Origin: Macrostomum lignano
Lineage: Eukaryota
Reading direction: 5' to 3'
NCBI GenBank assembly: GCA_002269645.1
Contig: NIVC01003936.1
Coordinates: 1-64,000, forward strand
Length of the DNA: 64,000 nucleotides
Shown: positions 11,648 through 23,796 of the stretch, in pieces
Layout: every line of letters begins with the position of its first letter
How positions within the stretch are numbered: position 1 is the stretch's first letter
Translations under genes and position numbers: made by a program
The notes under the pieces: model-generated
Seen by the model: the letters and a program-made list of their open reading frames with translations, nothing else
The model's database searches: none
What the model was told of the DNA's origin: nothing

Positions 11648-14600
11648 TCAAAGGGTGGCGTGGCACAGGGCGATCTTGTCGAAGGTCACAAATGTGCCTT
11701 GGTTCTGCTTGCTGCAATTGAGTTGAGTTTGGGTTTCAGTGCCAATCGCAAAACAGCTTAAAAAAGAAAGCAAAAAGTGGCAAATTTTCCTGCTGCCTCA
11801 CCACTGGAAATACCGCCGCCCGTCGAACACTCCGTCGTGCTTCCCGGCCAGCCCGTCCGCCAGCTCCACGCCAACGTAGGTGCCCTGCCGGCCGTGCAGA
11901 CTGCCGACATATCGGACGCGGCCGCGGGTCAGACGGCCCCGACTGCCGCAGAACTCAACAAGATCGCCTTGGTGGAGGTCTGACTCGCTGCGAGGCGCGA
12001 AGGTTCGCGGCTGGCGTTGCTGGTGCGCCGGTGGCGCCTGTGACAAGGACGGAGGCACCGTCGAGGACCAAACTGGACGTCGCGGTTGCACCGGTGGCGG
12101 CAGCGGACTGGAAGCTGTCGCATCGACATCGCGATCGTCGTTCCGTCCCAGGATGTCATAGACAGCTTCATCGACATCGTCGTCAAAGTCTGTGCGCGGT
12201 GGTCGTCGCCGGTTATTGCGCCGTCCAGGTGTCGTTCGACGAGGTTGCGGATCCTCGGCCAGTGAGGCGACGTCGTCGCTCTCAATGTCGTCCAAATCCA
12301 GTCGGCGGCGTCGGCCAAGAGTTGATAAAGGAGGTGGTGGAGGCATCGGCGGCGGCTCCAGGATCCGGTAGCTTGGCTGTCGGTGGCCTGCGCGAATCCT
12401 CGGAGTCAGCGGCGGATCTATGGAGTTTTTATGCTTGAGTAGTTATGTATCATAGCTACACGTGGCCAGTAGAAACAAACAAATAAAATTATACAACTCC
12501 TATACAAGGTTAGGAAGCGCAATATTTACTGCAGAAAATAATTCGTTCCCTCTAACAATTAACTGCCACAGAATATACATATTCTGTGATTCACTGCTCT
12601 TAATTTACACACGGAATTAGTAGCAGAAAATCCTGGTACAGATGTAATACGATGGTCGATGTTTTAATGAGAGACACAAGCTAATGAATAAAAATATCCT
12701 TTGGGTATCATCAAAATTGGTTTAGTTACTCAAACGAGAGCTGAGTCGAGCCTGTGTCCAACATGCCCATTCGATGTTCAGCTCGACTGTACAACCCAGC
12801 CTCTCACCATAGTCGCTGCGATGAGAAGTCAGCCCGGACAGAAAGGTACGCTGCAGGTTCACTTCATCTTTGAGTCGAAGATTTTCCCGTTGAAGCTCAT
12901 CGGAGCGAATTCGCGTTAGCTCCAGCTCGCGGCGCAGCTCGTCCAGCTCGACCTGCAGGTGGGCGCACTGGTCGTGGCCTCGGTGCCGCAGTCGGTTCAA
13001 CTGCGGGTCATCGTGGGTGTCAGGGAAAACAGCTGAATGTTGAGAGGTGAATGACTAGCTTGTACGGGCAGAGATGCTGGTGGAGGAGGGGGCTTTTCGA
13101 AGCGCAACAGGTGGTTAACTGAATCGCATGAACCGACCAGCTGAATAGGACGAAGGGAGAACAGGGAATTGAACAGTCATTGATCAGTGAGGCCAAGCAT
13201 GCAGGGTTCAGCAATCAAGCAAAGGCACCTCGTTCCGGAGCACCCGATTCTCCACCACAAGCTCGTCGACGGTGGCCTGCAGCCGTGCATCGCTTGGTGG
13301 CTCCCAGGCTGGAGGTGGGGGCGGCGGTGGTCCGCTGTAGTCGGGGTTAGCGCGCAGGCTCTGATTGGCATCGCTCAGGTTCAGCACCTGCGCCTCCAGA
13401 TCGGCTGGATGTAAGGAGCGCCGGGATGGGAAAAGAAAATTATACAAACTACGACGTAGCAAAGTAGGAGAGAATTGTTTGGGGAACTCGGTAACAGAGT
13501 AGCTACTCACCAATTCTGCGATGCAAGGCATCTGGTGAGATGAATGGCGGATCAGCTGCAGGTGGTGGCGGCGCTTCCTCTGCTGGAGGCTGCAAATAAT
13601 CAGAGTCTTCGTTACTTTATACGCCTTAACTTGCACAAAATTTTGATTTTTAACTTACGTCTTCAACCGGGGGATCTTTAGAGTAGCTGGCCTTGCTTTT
13701 CCGACTGCTGCTCTTTTTGCTGCAGCTACTTCTGCTACTAGCACTGCTACTACTGCTGGTGGACTTTGCAGATCTGTGAGAACTTAACTCTGCCTTCGCA
13801 TCGACCTCATCCAACCCAGCAGACTTTTCTTGCTTGCCAAGGTTTTCACCTGCTATCTCTGCTACAATGGATTCCTCATCAACAACTGATGGAGGCTTCG
13901 ATGGCGTCTTTTGACCTTCGTCGACAACTGATGGAGGCTTGGATGACGTCTTCTGACCTTCATCTACAACTGATGGAGGCTTCGATGGCGTCTTCTGTCC
14001 TTCGTCGACAACTGATGGAGGCTTCGATGGCGTCTTCTGTCCTTCGTCGACAACTGATGGAGGCTTCGATGGCGTCTTCTGTCCTTCATCTACAACTGAT
14101 GGAGGCTTCGATGGCGTCTTCTGCCCTTCGTCGACAACTGATGGAGGCTTCGATGGCGTCTTCTGTCCTTCGTCGACAACTGATGGAGGCTTGGATGGCG
14201 TCTTCTGTCCTTCGTCGACAACTGATGGAGGCTTCGATGGCATCTTCTGTCCTTCGTCGACAACTGATGAAGGCTTCGATGGCGTCTTCTGCCCTTCGTC
14301 GACAACTGATGGAGGCTTCGAAGGCGTCTTCTGACCTTCATCTACAACTGACGGTGGGTTTGATGGCGTCTTCTGTCCTTCGTCAACAACTGACGGTGGG
14401 TTTGATGGCGTCTCCTGTCCTTCGTCAACAACTGACGGTGGGTTTGATGGTGTCTTCTGTCCTTCGTCGACAACTGATGGAGGCTTCGATGGCGTCTTCT
14501 GACCTTCATCTACAACTGACGGTGGGTTTGATGCCGTCTTCTGTCCTTCGTCAACAACTGACGGTGGGTTTGATGCCGTCTTCTGTCCTTCGTCGACAAC

Positions 14601-15551
14601 TGATGGAGGCTTGGATGGCGTCTTCTGATCTCCATCTACAACTGATGGAGGCTTCGATGGCGTCTTCTGTCCTTCGTCAACAACTGACGGTGGGTTTGAT
14701 GGCGTCTTCTGTCCTTCGTCGACAACTGATGGAGGCTTGGATGGCGTCTTCTGATCTCCATCTACAACTGATGGAGGCTTCGATAATGTCTTCTGTCCTT
14801 CGTCGACAACTGATGGAGGCTTCGATGGCGTCTTCTGTCCTTCATCTACAACTGACGGTGGGTTTGATGGCGTCTTTTGACCTTCGTCGACAACTGATGG
14901 AGGCTTCGAAGGCGTCTTCTGACCTTCATCTACAACTGACGGTGGGTTTGATGGCGTCTTCTGTCCTTCGTCGACAACTGACGGTGGGTTTGATGCCGTC
15001 TTCTGTCCTTCGTCGACAACTGATGGAGGCTTGGATGGCGTCTTCTGTCCTTCGTCGACAACTGATGGAGGCTTCGATGGCATCTTCTGTCCTTCGTCGA
15101 CAACTGATGAAGGCTTCGATGGCGTCTTCTGCCCTTCGTCGACAACTGATGGAGGCTTCGAAGGCGTCTTCTGACCTTCATCTACAACTGACGGTGGGTT
15201 TGATGGCGTCTTCTGTCCTTCGTCAACAACTGATGGAGGCTTCGATGGCGTCTTCTGTCCTTCATCTACAACTGACGGTGGGTTTGATGGCGTCTTCTGT
15301 CCTTCGTCAACAACTGACGGTGGGTTTGATGGCGTCTTTTGACCTTCATCCACAAGTGATGCAGGCTTTACAGGTGTTCTAAGGCCCTCGTCGATAGCGG
15401 ACCGCTTTGGAGATATATTTTCTCGCTGGCTGTCAATGTCCGTAGCTCTACCACTAACTATGTGCAGCAGTGGTGGATCAGCTTCAATCCTGAAGTTTTC
15501 ATCTTCTGAATTCTCTTGGTCTTCACCGAACTGTTGATCTTGAAAATCCAT
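11648..15551 (-). CDS. CAP-Gly domain protein with N-terminal 14-aa repeat array and coiled coil (~1006 aa, 6 exons)
   Basis: Exons 15551-13659, 13589-13511, 13404-13229, 13000-12808, 12417-11802, 11711-11648, all GT-AG and phase-compatible (3021 nt). C-terminus GDLVEF..GRVRYVGSLHGRQGTYVGVELADGLAGKHDGVFDGRRYFQCKQNQGTFV is a CAP-Gly domain (GKNDG-like). Coiled coil LHRRIADLEAQV...VLRNELNRLR...LDELRRELE. Further 5' exons cannot be excluded. Confidence 0.85.
13880..15350 (-). repeat. Coding 42-bp tandem repeat (PPSVVDEGQKTPS[K/N]), about 35 copies
   Basis: Unit ACTGATGGAGGCTTCGATGGCGTCTTCTGTCCTTCGTCGACA on +; the frame stays open into non-repetitive coding sequence on both sides. Confidence 0.95.
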
Positions 15552-18500
15552 CTAATCGGAAACATTCAGTAATTTTAAAGAATAAGTTCATATCTCTGGT
15601 CATTTATGAAAGTGGGTTCGGGATACCTTGTTAGTGATTTTAGATTAAATCAAACGCAAACAAATTTTCTGACTCTAAAGTATTCCTAAAGATCCTAAAG
15701 TATTTTTGAGCTAGATGGAATTGAAACACATGCTTTAAAAGGTCCATAAATATATTGAATATGTACATGTATTCTTATTAATACTTATACTATATGCCAT
15801 GCAGTAAATACCATATAATCTACTAAAATTACTTAGTGACATTCTTTTCGACTTTTGGCATTAAGAACTTTTTCAATAAAGTTTCTAACTATTGATAAGT
15901 TTTAATCATAAGCCTTGATACTTAGTGTTGTCATAATATGATCCTCATATTTTTGGTACCAGTTATTTGCAATAAATATACTTATAATTTCAAATGAAAG
16001 TAATGATAGAATTACATTAAAAATAGTTTAAAATTCTTAATTCAATTTTTTTAGCTTCTTTTTAGAATAAAGTATACAGAGTTTTTATTGAGAAACAAAA
16101 AAGAATCGTACTGATGTTTGTTGCTATGAAAATTCTATTCACAATGACAGCGTGCTGTCAAAGCTAATTGAAAAACTCTTCATCGACATTTAAGTCTAAC
16201 TTGTACCAGAGTCCTCAAATTATTTATTAGGCATAGGCAATAGGCAGTCTATAATATCAATATTTTATCAGAGTATATTGCAGGCCGACAGGGCGAATCC
16301 CGAAAATTATATGGCCAACGGGCTCAAATTATAGAGAAAAATTACGTATTGGCAGGGTTAAAATGTATGATTCGATTTCTTTAGCCATTGCTGGGGGGAC
16401 CACAGCCCCTTGCCCACCTCCTGGATCTTCGCAGAGTTGCGTGATAAATGTTATAGTCACACAACTATTGAAAATTGATAATTAAATCTAAAATAAAATA
16501 TTTTAAACTCTGAACTCACAAAATCACTGAGCAAACGCTACGCATCCATAGCAACAGAAAAGCTAAAAAAGTTTTACCCTTTAACTATTAAAAGTAAACT
16601 ATTTTATTAAAATTCGGGTAATAAAATACCAAAACACTTTTTATAACATTTGGAATTGCAATGTGTTTGTTAAACCAAAGTAAATGTTAAACTTCACGAT
16701 TTACTCAGCTATTATGTCCGCTTAATTTAGTCTTATGAATTCGTGGTCACCATTCGTCCATAATAAACTTTTATTATGTCCATTTTATGCTCTGTGTTCA
16801 TTCATTCAGTTTTTAAGAAATCTTGTTATTTCTTACACAATATTTTTAAGCTACAATTTTGTTACAATGTTTTAAGCTGTCACAACAGTAGGACTCGGGG
16901 GCTCATTGCTCTCATTGGACTCATTGATCTTATTAGGCTCATTGGGCTCAGCAGCTCGAGACAAATCCAAGGACTACATAAGCATACGCGCCATAAACGA
17001 CACTTAATAAGTACATGTATAGTCCGTGGACCAATTGATTGTCACAATTACTTGCATGGCTTGCGGAATTCTATTGCCTCGATCAGAATTGCCTCAAATT
17101 TAATGCTAGCTTATTACTTTACTCTGGCCTCGTCTCACCGTACTCCATGGCTTTGCCTCTTTATGTTACCTATTCTGGGGAACTTCTAAGCCACGTAGGT
17201 AGTTATGGTACTTTACAATGGCACATTTAGATGCACTATAGATTTGTTAGCGACAGTCATTATTACCGTAAAAATTGATGGGTTTCGACCTTTCAGGCCC
17301 CTTGTGAGGAAGCCTTCGGGCCTCAGGCCTCAGAAGTAAATCAATTAGAGTCCTGGCCCCCCACTCCTGTCAGATGGTCAGCCCCATGGTAGCTTGATCG
17401 TGTGGCGAGCAGTCTAGGTCCTATAGCTAAGAGAGGGACAGCGAGAGACAAGCAGGGAGAATTTTGAAGGTAGAAATTAGTTAACCCGCAGACTAAGCTA
17501 ACTCGCTGCCACCAGCCCGTACGTCCTGGCTCACCACACCGGGACTCTCGAAATCGGGCTTCCGACTATAGAAGGGGCTTTGCACTTACCTGCCAACTAG
17601 TGTATTTTTGCTGTCAATCTCGAAGTCATAGCCGATGATAAGGGACACTGCTGGGACTAGATCGCATTGGCCATGCAGGTACAGAGGGGACTTGTGCAGG
17701 GGATTCTTGCAGTGGCGAGTCTATGGGGTAGCTACATGTACTATATTACATTGCTAAATACGAAGGTATGTACTTTTGGCCTTCAACGCGCCAACTAGCC
17801 TCTCATAGCGCTGATGATAGACTAACTCGAACTTCAGAGACCGCATGATTCATTACCCGAGCCGCTTGGCGAACCTAGAGTGCACAAAGTACATCTCTGG
17901 CGCCGATTCTGCACTTCTGGCAGTTTTGCTCACTGATTTGATTGATTGATCGACTGAGAACTGCCTTGCCATTGGTCCACTGTGACCGGTGCCTAATAGC
18001 TTAGCCACTCGTCTGAGCCATCGGCGAACAAAGAAATAAAACCGATAAAAATAACTGTCAGATTTAAAAACTTTCTCCTTAAATCACTTCACACTTCAGA
18101 TTGAATTGGAGTTTCAGACTACTAGCAGTATTATTAAGTGATTTCTGCCTCAATAACAGCACTACTGAACAAAATGAGCAAAAGTGTGCGCCTAATCCAG
18201 CTACTGAAATAGGGGACAGACAGGGAATCACCCAATCAAGCAAGTCTAGATAGCCTCTCACCCAACCAATCAGAAACTCAACAGCCGGAGACCAGGAAAT
18301 CCACAGTGACCGAATCGGCTTGATGCTTCGCAGCTGTAGACTCGGGATGATGCTGACACAATCTTCGCTGATAGCTAGCAGGTGATGATCTTAACTTTGA
18401 TGTTCGCTGCTGGTGACCGGGGGACTCGTCCTTGATGATGATGGGGGGGGGAAGTCGCAATCCGGGGATCAAGAAACGACGGTCGCGCTCCGGGAACCAG

Positions 18501-18628
18501 AAGTTGCGTGCTGGGCCCAAGCAAGTTGGATTCTTTAAAAAATCTTAAGGAGCATAGACTCTGAGACGGTGTGTGGTCAAATACCAGTTTAGTTGAAAAA
18601 TCGTTATTGATCTTTTGAGCTTGTAAGT

Positions 18629-18805
18629 GTACGCTAGCTTCTCTGCTAAGCTTTGCCATAGACGGAGGCCATAGACAATCTTCTGCGTAAGAAAAATGAC
18701 AGAGCATGCATAGACTCTGAGACTGATCTAACGTTAAAATTTTTAAAGCAAAAGATTGTCTATGGCAGCTGTGTATGGCAAAGCTTGGCAGAAAAGCTAG
18801 CGTAC
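18629..18805. mobile_element. Small imperfect inverted-repeat element (MITE-like) with CCATAGAC motifs
   Basis: GTACGCTAGCTTCTCTGCTAAGCTTTGCCATAGACGGAGGCCATAGACAATCTT is matched by a reverse-complement arm at about 18750-18805. Confidence 0.65.
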
Positions 18806-19973
18806 GCTTCTGTGCTCAATAACTCGCCTCTGGAGCAATTTTTCGCAACCAAATATTTGTGGGAAAAACTTAGAAATGTTTACTGTGAACCTGTTAAATT
18901 ACTGTGCTATAGGCCTAACTGCTCACTCACAGTGAGCGCATAAAGTGTTACCTTTTTTTTGGGACACCCGTTATAATTAGGCCCTTAGGCAAATAATCAG
19001 GCAAATTAGGCGGCTTCACTATTGAGTAAAATACAGTAAAAGATACAGTATCACAATTGGCTCAGCTCTCTAATCTCTAATCTGCTATAGTGACGGCTAT
19101 TATTTCTTAAAGTGTTTGAATTGAAGTTCTACTTGTTTCTTTTGAACAAGACTTTGTTCAAAATAGGGGGTAAAATGGTGTAATTAAAGACGTTTCATAC
19201 TTGCACGTCACCTCGTCTGCTGCTTCAGTTGGATCGAAAATTCCTGGGGGCGTTTCATACGTCCTTGTTAGAAGCTACAAGCATGAATAGTGACAAGTTA
19301 AAAGTGAACTTCGTTTCAAAACTTTACAAGCGCATACAAGTTACAAGTAACTTGCTACAAGTTCTTCTACAAACGCCTTGTTCCATCCATAGACGCTCTG
19401 TGTAGAATAGTGCAAATGCTTTTAGAATGGACAAGTTTGAATATAGTAACTTGCCCTCTTGTTAGGACTTGAGTGAATTCTTTTTTCTTTAGTATCCTTT
19501 TTCTCTTTTTATTTTTTTCTACTACAATCTTCTTCTCCAAGATGTATCCTCCACTTGCCCCGGGCGACCGTCTATGGTCTCAGTGTAAATTTCATTTATT
19601 TGCATCCGTGCAAATAAACGGTTTATTTCACTGTGCAACTGCTCTTTCGATGCAAAGGTTTTAACCATAGACACTTGTACCTTAGTAGATCGGCACTTGT
19701 AGCCTGTAGCTATTCGCTCAAACTTACATATTAAGTGGTGAAATATACCAATACCATAGACCTTGTGAGGGCAGAAAGATGGAAATCCTCGGGCCGCTTC
19801 GCGACCCTCGGATTCTCCATAATATATGCGCAGCCCTCGTATTTGTGCCGTTTCGGCCCTAGGAAGCATAGACATTTTTCTATTCTGTCATACTTCGCGG
19901 GCCGCATCACTTCATTTCGGCCCGCTCCTAGATGCAGGGCTAAGCAAAGTATGCAGTTTTCGATATACCATCT

Positions 19974-20454
19974 TTACCATAGACTATAATCCCGGGCCGA
20001 ATCGTTGTTTCTGCCCGCAGCGTGGCTGAGTGCAAAAACTGGGGTGGGGGGCTTCGCCCCCACATTTTAACCATAGATAAAATCAACCAGAGTCTGACTA
20101 CAGTTAAGTAGTGGATATCAGAATTCTTTTCATTCTGAATTTAACTTCTTTTTTGTCAACCTGCTGAGCTAGAGAAAAATGATCAATTTGTCAAGAATTG
20201 CGACTGGAGATACCTCCGGACTTGACACTCTATGGATGAAATCAAGGCTGTAACAGGTCATTAACTGCCCGCTAATTTGCATTAAAGTAAGTTTGACTCC
20301 TGCAAGCGGGCTTAAATGTAGTCTATGGCATTAAAAGGCAAGAATAAGTGCCCAGCGGGCACAAAGGTCATGGTACAATTCTCCATAATCCGCTATTCCT
20401 ACCCTAATTTGCAAGGGCGGGCAGAAACGCCATTTCCTGCCCGGTCTATGGTAA
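19974..20454. mobile_element. Inverted-repeat element bounded by TTACCATAGAC...GTCTATGGTAA
   Basis: 11-bp inverted match at the ends plus internal inverted GTTTCTGCCCGC / GCGGGCAGAAAC. Confidence 0.5.
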
Positions 20455-22049
20455 ATCCATACTATTTGAGTGTGAATCTTTTCTAATTTTCATTTCCTGC
20501 CCGCTGCCGATGTCTGTGGTAAAATTCACGGGTTAATGCTTCGTATATGTCTCAAGTTTACTGTAATTTCAGTTTCCTTGCTAAATATCTTGAATTTTAT
20601 TAAAATAGAAGTATACTATCTGTTCAAGTTTCTGTCCAAGATATTCAGGCTGTAACTGAACACAAGCGCGCCTAGTCTGTACGTTACACAAATAGGATCA
20701 GTTCCGAGAAGAAGCAGAAGCAATCCAATTGTCTCAGTGAGTGTCTTCACCCGGAAAATCGCATTGATAGTGTTCAGATCTGCGATGCTCCGGCCACGGT
20801 TCCGACTGTCAGTGTCAATCCGGCATCTCCCAGCGTGTCAGGAGGTGCGACGACGACGGGTGCTCTAACTGGCCAGCCTCAACAGTTGGTTGGGCCTTTT
20901 AATAACTGTACCTTCAATTTTATTATAAGTGAGTGATTGACCAGACATTTGCAGGTGAGTCATTACTCACGCAAGACTAGTTTTTGTTAGCAATTTTTTT
21001 CACTATTTAAATGGAAATTTAAAAACACCATCCTAACGTACTGAATAGCTAATCTCGTAAGTTTTTCGCGCTAAATTCTCTAATTATTTGTTTACAATAT
21101 TAAATTTGACAATATGAAAATACCATCCATCATAACGTAATAATGCATACTGTTGTAACTTTTCACTTGTAGTTTGTAGTCTACAAGCTTGTAGCTTATA
21201 ATTTGTAACTCGGTATGAAACGTAATTAAACGGGAAGTTTTTATTACCATGTGATCTGAATGACTTAAATGCTGCAGTAACATATACCTTGTCAGTGAAG
21301 TTCGCACATACGAGCTAGATTGCTAAAATTTCAAGTAAAAAATGTCTTTCCTCAGATTCAACATTTAACTAACGAAACATTGACTCTTTTCAAATGTTTT
21401 ATCTACTTTTTATATTGGAATGTAACATGTACGTCATTTTAATTTTGGATGCAGCTTGCAATTTAGTGAGTAAGAAATGACGCATGGAGGCAGTGCATTT
21501 GTCAAGAAGACATCAAATACAGCAAATATGGAGGTGAAGAGCTGCTTGGTGCTCGGCAAGTTTGTCGTTTGCAGAGAGATGGGGCTTACGGGACTGCGAT
21601 TTAGCCTAGCAACTCTGTGCTCTCCCAGCTTTGCTGAGTGGACGGAAGTTAAAGTTATTATGTGGCTTTCCAGCCTGGCAGAATGAGCATGCAGCTGATA
21701 CTAGCAGTGCTGAGTCCAACTCAATCCTGATTCGCTGTCGGTGGTTGAGCGGCCAGTAACTTCCCCTGAATAAACACTAATAGCAGGCTCCTGCCGTGTG
21801 CACCCAGTGAGTTTCTCCTGCAGTCGTTAAAAGTTCCTATTTTGCAAGAAATCGTAGAAGAGCTGAGAATTCCAGCAAGAAAAAAAATCTTGCTCTCTAC
21901 GACTTGCCTGCGCAGTTGACAGCTGTCTCAGACCGAGCACGTGAAGACGTGAAGTCAATTATATACAGTAGCTCGTATTGGTTGCATTAAAGCAGCAACA
22001 GCCACACGATCGAGTAATAAAATTTCAGACAACTGTTCAGTTGATCGAA

Positions 22050-22952
22050 ATGCACCACAGAAATGCCTTGTTTGCAGCCGCAGTGCTCAGCACATGCATT
22101 TGCCTGCTCCTGACCATCGGGGGATGCGGCAACGGAGCCAAACTATTAAAGGGCGCGCAAAGTTCGACACAGATGAACCCCGCAGCCAACCAATCAAGAA
22201 GAGACGCAAGCTTGAAGGCGCAAGCACGCGCAATCAATATCATCAAAATCTTGCACCAGAGCTGGAAGACCCGCCAGCTGCCGCCCCGAGCTGTGCGATG
22301 GAGCGCCAGCTGGAAGTCCTGCTTTCCCGACTGGGAGTGGCGCCTGTGGACCGACCAGGACAACCTGGCTCTGGTGCGAGACCATTACGCCTGGTTTCTG
22401 CCGGTCTACAACGGCCAGAGGTACAACATCGAGAGGGCCGACCTGGCCAGGTATTTTTATTTGTACCATTTTGGCGGCATCTACACAGATCTGGACACGG
22501 TGTGCATGAAAAACTTCGAGCACCTGCTTCACTCGGAGACTCTCGTGTTCGGCGCCATGGACACTCACCCAGGTGACGCAGTGCTTCCTGGCCAGCTGGT
22601 GCAGAACTCCTTCATGGCCTCCCTGCGGCCGAGACACCCATTCTGGATGCGTCTTCTCAGAAGGATCGAGCGAAACTTCAAGGCTGGAAAGAGAGGTCGG
22701 CCGGAGGACAACACGGGGCCCACGGTGCTCATGGAGGAGCTGCGGCTCTACGTGCGCAGCAACGCCTCCGACGTGAAGGTTTATCCCGGAAAGTACTTCA
22801 ACCCATTCAGCTGGACGCTGAGGAACAGCAAAATCTGCAAGGACTTCGGCCAGATGTCCGACTCGGTTGAAAAGACCTGCATAAATTCCTTTCCCGAGGC
22901 ATTCGTTGTACAGCTGCACACGCAGAGCTGGGGCCGGGGTCGCATGAGGTGA
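22050..22952 (+). CDS. Glycosyltransferase family 32 (DXD motif; SUR1/OCH1-like), type II membrane protein
   Basis: ATG at 22050, hydrophobic anchor ALFAAAVLSTCICLLLTIGG, ILHQSWK, WRLWTD, ERADLARYFYLYHFGGIYTDLD (DXD), NSFMAS..RHPFW, TGP; no introns. Confidence 0.9.
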   Translation: MHHRNALFAAAVLSTCICLLLTIGGCGNGAKLLKGAQSSTQMNPAANQSRRDASLKAQARAINIIKILHQSWKTRQLPPRAVRWSASWKSCFPDWEWRLWTDQDNLALVRDHYAWFLPVYNGQRYNIERADLARYFYLYHFGGIYTDLDTVCMKNFEHLLHSETLVFGAMDTHPGDAVLPGQLVQNSFMASLRPRHPFWMRLLRRIERNFKAGKRGRPEDNTGPTVLMEELRLYVRSNASDVKVYPGKYFNPFSWTLRNSKICKDFGQMSDSVEKTCINSFPEAFVVQLHTQSWGRGRMR

Positions 22953-23261
22953 AAGCACTTTTGTACTGACTTAATTTAGCATGGACTTACACGGATCCGA
23001 AGTAGTGAAGGCAAGTATAAATTCTACTACTGTCCCAAGAGTAGTCACTTATGAACCCATGGAGATCAGAGGCCAATAGCTCGCCAATCGGTAGCAACAG
23101 ATCCAGCACAAAGCCGAATTTTTAGAAGCTGCGTCACTAGCAAAAATGAATCAAATGAACATGAGATGCTCGGATGTTGTGCCACAAAAATTGGACCCGT
23201 ATGAGCTAGCCTCGTCTCATTTTATGTCTCCCAGAGCAAAAAAATGTTGCTTTCAGGAGGG

Positions 23262-23745
23262 GGGGTGTTTCATAAATGACTTGTAGTAGCTACAAGTGGG
23301 ATCAGTGACAAGTTACGAGTGAATTTCGTTTCATAAACTTTGACAAAGCTACAAGTTCCTACAAGCTACAAGTGAGTAGTTACAAGTTCGTGCTACAAGC
23401 GTTTTGTTTCATATAGCGTCTATGGCTACGAGTCCCACCACGTGTAAGTGGCTACAAGTTGAAGAGTCGTCTTCTTTTGCTCAAGCTTGTAAATTTGCTT
23501 TGAAAGCGTATAGAAAGACGTATTGACTATTTTTTGCTTCGAGATGCTTTCTCTGCCTCCTCAGGGACGTAGACACTTGTACCATAGACGATAAAGTGAA
23601 TAGCTACAAGCTTGTTATACTTGTACATTTTTGGCTAAAATTTACAAGCAGACTTGTGAAACACTCTTGCTTGTAACTTGTACCTTGTAGCTATTCAGCT
23701 TGTAGATTGTAGCTTGTGACTTGTACATTATATGAAACGCACCCC
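23262..23745. mobile_element. MITE with GGGGTG(C)GTTTCATA termini and many internal CTACAAG/CTTGTAG motifs
   Basis: Left GGGGTGTTTCATA, right TATGAAACGCACCCC. A related left end lies at about 19246-19390 and a related right end at about 21160-21225. Confidence 0.7.
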
Positions 23746-23796
23746 AGGCGGTGCAGAAGAAGAAAAATATTGGGGACAAATAGCTAATATAGTATA

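Noticed and set aside
13766-15382. 538-aa + strand ORF (LRRQLMEASMASSV repeats)
   Set aside because: Antisense shadow of the coding 42-bp array; the - strand frame splices into the CAP-Gly gene.
17270-17900. Possible decayed retroelement (TSWLTTPGL...LPT-like peptide)
   Set aside because: Too degenerate; no reverse transcriptase or endonuclease motif can be supported.
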